From contig JBBIUZ010000001.1 in the NCBI GenBank assembly GCA_037439985.1, positions 2,002 through 60,794 on the forward strand: 58,793 nt of DNA, written 5' to 3'. The notes beneath the pieces were generated by a model. The model had not been told where the DNA came from. It saw only the letters and a program-made list of their open reading frames with translations, and made no database searches. This document shows positions 55,259 through 58,793 of this stretch, one piece after another; position 1 is the first letter of the stretch, and each line of letters begins with the position of its first letter. Made by a program: the position numbers and the translations under genes. Source of the DNA: Methanobacteriota archaeon (GTDB lineage Archaea; Thermoplasmatota; Thermoplasmata; UBA10834).

Positions 55259-56728
55259 ATGGCCGACGAGGAGAAGAAGCCCAGGAAGCTCGTGCCGAAG
55301 AAGTACCCGATGCCCGAGCAGGACCCGAAGGAGCGCATCAAGAACTTCAACGAGGTCCCGCTGGGCCAGGACGCGCAGACGGCCATCGCAGAGGCCCAGA
55401 GATGCCTCCAGTGCAAGCGCGGCCCCAACAGGAAGGTATGCATGGACGGCTGCCCGGTCGAGATCGACATCCCCGGGTTCATCAAGAAGGTCCAGGAGGG
55501 CAACTTCGCCGAGGCCGTCAAGGTGCTCAGGCAGAAGCAGAGCCTGCCGGCGGTATGCGGCAGGGTGTGCCCCTACGAGAACCAGTGCGAGGGCAGCTGC
55601 GTCCTCGGCAAGAAGAACGAGCCCGTCGGGATCGGCAGGCTCGAGCGGTTCCTCGCGGACTGGGAGAGGAAGCAGGGCAACACGGGCAAGGTCGAGGTCC
55701 AGCCCCCGACGGGCAAGAGGATCGCGATCGTCGGCGGGGGCCCCGCGGGGCTCACCGTCGCGGGCGACATGGCCCGACTGGGGCACAGCATCACCGTCTT
55801 CGAGGCGCTGATGTACTGCGGTGGCGTCCTGATCTACGGCATACCTGAGTTCAGGCTGCCCAAGGAGATCGTCAGGGCCGAGGTCGACTACATCCGCAGG
55901 ATGGGCGTCGAGATCTACAACGACCATGTCGTCGGCAAGTTGGACACGGTCGACGAGCTGCTGAAGCAGTACGATGCGGTCTTCATCGGGACGGGCGCGG
56001 GCCTGCCTGACTGGACCGGGCTCAAGGGCGAGAACCTGAACGGCATCATGTCCGCGAACGAGTTCCTCACCAGGGTGAACCTGATGAAGGGCTACAAGTT
56101 CCCGGAGTACGACACGCCTGTCACTGTCGGCGAGACCGTCGTCACGATCGGAGGCGGGAACGTGGCCATGGACTGCGCGAGGACCTCGCTCAGGCTGGGC
56201 ACGAAGAAGTCCGTCATCCTGTACAGAAGGTCAGAGGCGGAGCTGCCCGCGAGGAAGGAGGAGGTCCACCACGCGCACGAGGAGGGCGTCCACTTCGAGC
56301 TGCTCGCGGCGCCTGTCGAGTTCATAGGCGACGAGAACGGCAACGTGAAGCAGGTCAAGGCCATACGGATGCAGCTCGGCGAGCCGGACGCTTCCGGGAG
56401 GAGGAGACCGGTCAAGATCCCGGGCTCGGAGTTCCTCATAGATGCCCAGACGGTGCTCATCGCGATAGGGCAGAGCCCGAACCCTCTGGTGCCCATGACC
56501 ACGCCCGACCTGAAGATGAAGAAGGAAGGCACGGTCGCGGTTGACCCGGAGGGCAGGACATCGAAGAAGGGCGTGTTCGCGGGCGGGGACATCGCATCGG
56601 GGGCGGCGACCGTCATCCTCGCGATGGGGGACGGCAAGAGGGCCGCGAGGGCGATGCACAAGTACCTCATGGAGGACCCGTCCTGGCCGGCCCCCGATGA
56701 GTTCGAGAGACTCTACTGCGAGATGTGA
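55259..56728 (+). CDS. NfnB/SudA/GltD-type NAD(P)H-dependent oxidoreductase (glutamate synthase small-subunit family)
   Basis: CLQCK...CMDGCPVEIDIP, CGRVCPYENQCEGSC, IVGGGPAGL, IGGGNVAMD, FAGGD. The ATG immediately follows the upstream TGA. Confidence 0.85.
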   Translation: MADEEKKPRKLVPKKYPMPEQDPKERIKNFNEVPLGQDAQTAIAEAQRCLQCKRGPNRKVCMDGCPVEIDIPGFIKKVQEGNFAEAVKVLRQKQSLPAVCGRVCPYENQCEGSCVLGKKNEPVGIGRLERFLADWERKQGNTGKVEVQPPTGKRIAIVGGGPAGLTVAGDMARLGHSITVFEALMYCGGVLIYGIPEFRLPKEIVRAEVDYIRRMGVEIYNDHVVGKLDTVDELLKQYDAVFIGTGAGLPDWTGLKGENLNGIMSANEFLTRVNLMKGYKFPEYDTPVTVGETVVTIGGGNVAMDCARTSLRLGTKKSVILYRRSEAELPARKEEVHHAHEEGVHFELLAAPVEFIGDENGNVKQVKAIRMQLGEPDASGRRRPVKIPGSEFLIDAQTVLIAIGQSPNPLVPMTTPDLKMKKEGTVAVDPEGRTSKKGVFAGGDIASGAATVILAMGDGKRAARAMHKYLMEDPSWPAPDEFERLYCEM

Positions 56729-56985
56729 TCGGGCCGGGCGCGTGCTCCGGAAACCCTTTTCAACCCTCTGCATTCCCTTTCGTTTTCGAGCGGGATCATG
56801 TTGTCTCAGACGCCTCGTTGAGCGGCCCCCTTCCTGGTCCTGGGCCACGCAGCGCCTTCGCCTCTCGATGGCTGGCGCGAACAGTGTTTGGAGGCTCGGC
56901 TCCGTTCTAGCCTCTTCTCATGTTGTAGAAAATGGCTCATCCAATGTGCTCGAATCATCAGTTGGCCAAGAATGGTTCTACAGGC

Positions 56986-58793
56986 TCAGCTGTGCTTGAA
57001 GGGCACGGTGATGTGGAAAGTGCTCCCCTCGCCCTTTCTGCTCTCGAACCACATCTCCCCGCCGTGGTTCCTGACGATCTCCCTGCTCGTGAACAGGCCG
57101 ATGCCGACCCGGTTGTACGCCCTTGTCAGGCCCAAGTCCGCCAGGGAGAACCTGTCGAACACCCTGTCCTTGTCGGGCTCGGCGATGCCCGACCCGTTGT
57201 CCCTCACCCAGATGTGGATCTTGCCTCCCAGGACGTCGGCGCCGATCTCGATCCTGCCCCCGGGGTCCGTGTACTTGATCGCGTTGCTAATCATGTTCTC
57301 TATCACGTCGTGCATCCTGAGCCTGTCCGCCTCGACCACGGGCAGCTCGTTCCCGAAAGTCACGGTCACCTTGTGCTGCTTCTCCCTGACCGTGGTGTCG
57401 AGTTCCGCCAGAACCTCCCTCGTCACCATCGCGAGGTTGACCTCTTCGAGGTTCAGCTCGAAGGTCTTGCTCTGCAGCGCGGACATGTCACGCATCATCG
57501 AGACGAGCGAGTTGATGTTCCTGGCCTGCTCCGTCATCTTGTCGAGCTTGTCGACCATCCTGGGCCCCGCGTCGCCGTACATGCCGGACGAGAGCATCTC
57601 GAGGTATCCCATGACCGCAGTCAGGGGCGTCCTGAGCTCGTGCGAGATGTTGTCCATCAGGCCGTCCTTCATCCGGTCGAGCCCCTTCATCTCCTCGTAT
57701 GCTCCTCGGGCCGTCTTCAGGTTCTCCCTCAGCTCCTCCCTCAGCCTGACGTTCTCAATCGCCATCGCCACGTGTGATGCGAAGGGCTCGATGACGGCAC
57801 GCTCCGCTTCGGTGAACTTCCTGCCCACATCTCTGTAGAGCTCGAGCACTCCCACGACCGAGCCGCCCCTGTCCTTGAGAGGGACGGCCATCATCGCCCT
57901 GTGTAGGTCGAGCTCATCTATCCCGGGTATGCCCTCCACCCTGGGATCTGCCATCGAATCGCCGACGATCTCGACCTTCCCGCTCCTGACGGCCTCCCCC
58001 GCCAGCCCTGAGATGGGGCCAGTGTCCGCCATGACCTCCTCGGTATGCCGGCCCTCCGCATGGACCGGCCGCAGGAGGTTCTTGCCCCAGTCCACGAGGT
58101 AGACGCTGATCTCGTCGAACGGCACAAGGTCTTTGAGGTTCTTCGCTATCGCACTCAGTGTCTGTGACAGCCCGGAGGCGGGCGTATGCACTGCGGCCGT
58201 GGTGTCCAGTAGGGCCCTGAAGAGCCCGATCGTCCGGTTCAGGGAGCCCACCAGACTCGCGTTCGCGAGCGCGATTGACACGAACTCGGCCAAGATGTCC
58301 AGCCCGGTCACCGCCTCGGGGCCAGGTATCTTCCCGTCCTTCGGACCGTCCGGCTCCATCAAGCCGAGTGTGTTCCCCCTGCCATCCTCGAACATGACGT
58401 ACAGGACGTCGAGCTCGTGCCAGTCGTCTGGATGCTCCCTCCTGTCCTTGACCCTCTCCGGGTGCAGGATCGAGTAATAGTCCATCACATCGGCCTTGAG
58501 GTCCGCCTTGTACAAGTAGGTGTGCCTGCCGATCTTCTCCGCCTTCGCCAGGTCGGTCCGGAAATGCTCCTTTGAGACGCTCAGCCCCAGCACTCTGCTC
58601 GCCCTGGCCTCCTCGTAACCTTTCGTGGCCCTGATCACGAAGTTGTCGTGACCCTCGTCCAGGACCAGAACGTCGCACACCTCGAAGCCGAACTCGTCGG
58701 TCACGCGGTCCGCGACTCCCTGGGTGATGGCGTCGATGTCGCTAGAGCCGAGTATGGATGTGCCCGTCTCGAGAATCTTGCGAAGCTGACCCT
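56986..58793 (-). CDS. Sensor histidine kinase with tandem GAF domains; N-terminus lies outside the window
   Basis: The frame stays open to the window edge (GQLRKILETGTSILGSSDIDAI...). HisKA H-box SHELRTPL and HATPase N/G boxes (NAIKYT, DNGSGI, GIGL). Confidence 0.85.
   Translation of the reverse strand, partial: GQLRKILETGTSILGSSDIDAITQGVADRVTDEFGFEVCDVLVLDEGHDNFVIRATKGYEEARASRVLGLSVSKEHFRTDLAKAEKIGRHTYLYKADLKADVMDYYSILHPERVKDRREHPDDWHELDVLYVMFEDGRGNTLGLMEPDGPKDGKIPGPEAVTGLDILAEFVSIALANASLVGSLNRTIGLFRALLDTTAAVHTPASGLSQTLSAIAKNLKDLVPFDEISVYLVDWGKNLLRPVHAEGRHTEEVMADTGPISGLAGEAVRSGKVEIVGDSMADPRVEGIPGIDELDLHRAMMAVPLKDRGGSVVGVLELYRDVGRKFTEAERAVIEPFASHVAMAIENVRLREELRENLKTARGAYEEMKGLDRMKDGLMDNISHELRTPLTAVMGYLEMLSSGMYGDAGPRMVDKLDKMTEQARNINSLVSMMRDMSALQSKTFELNLEEVNLAMVTREVLAELDTTVREKQHKVTVTFGNELPVVEADRLRMHDVIENMISNAIKYTDPGGRIEIGADVLGGKIHIWVRDNGSGIAEPDKDRVFDRFSLADLGLTRAYNRVGIGLFTSREIVRNHGGEMWFESRKGEGSTFHITVPFKHS

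Overview
High-GC archaeal chromosome segment, densely coding on both strands (about 50 genes). I could not recognise any rRNA, tRNA, CRISPR array, transposase or integrase. Archaeal origin is supported by topoisomerase VI A/B, split archaeal-type glutamate synthase modules, DUF1616-like and zinc-ribbon membrane proteins, TATA boxes about 25 nt upstream of start codons (leaderless geometry), and GGAGG Shine-Dalgarno sites inside operons. Two MttB-family methyltransferases hint at a Thermoplasmata/Methanomassiliicoccales-like organism, which is inference only. Main blocks, in order: MttB fragment, split DUF2238-like gene, gldA, a methyltransferase; a low-GC SDR islet; an overlapping isochorismatase / CxxC-less flavoprotein / RlmN-Cfr-like radical SAM operon, divergent from a complete trp operon (trpE-G-[D-C fusion]-F-B-A, with an NTGA start/stop overlap at every junction); an orphan FtsX-type permease pair; surface and membrane proteins; a KaiC-like ATPase pair; DUF89 plus a dipeptide epimerase; topo VI; arcC, DRG GTPase, hisS, gdhA; a PDO/OsmC redox pair; aspA, an LsrF-like aldolase, a Zn-ADH; MttB plus MFS; SSB; a 4-gene translationally coupled FAD/FeS oxidase plus glutamate-synthase-module operon followed by NfnAB/GltD-like genes; and a GAF histidine kinase running off the 3' end. 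The most notable observations are these. Three conserved genes (trpA, top6B, arcC) have conserved N-termini encoded upstream of any ATG/GTG/TTG, each with a well-spaced GGAGG pointing at a near-cognate CTG or ACG start. The radical SAM operon is unusual. The glutamate-synthase operon is extended by extra genes. TrpD and TrpC are fused. All functional calls come from reading motifs by eye and recalling families from memory; no database search was run.
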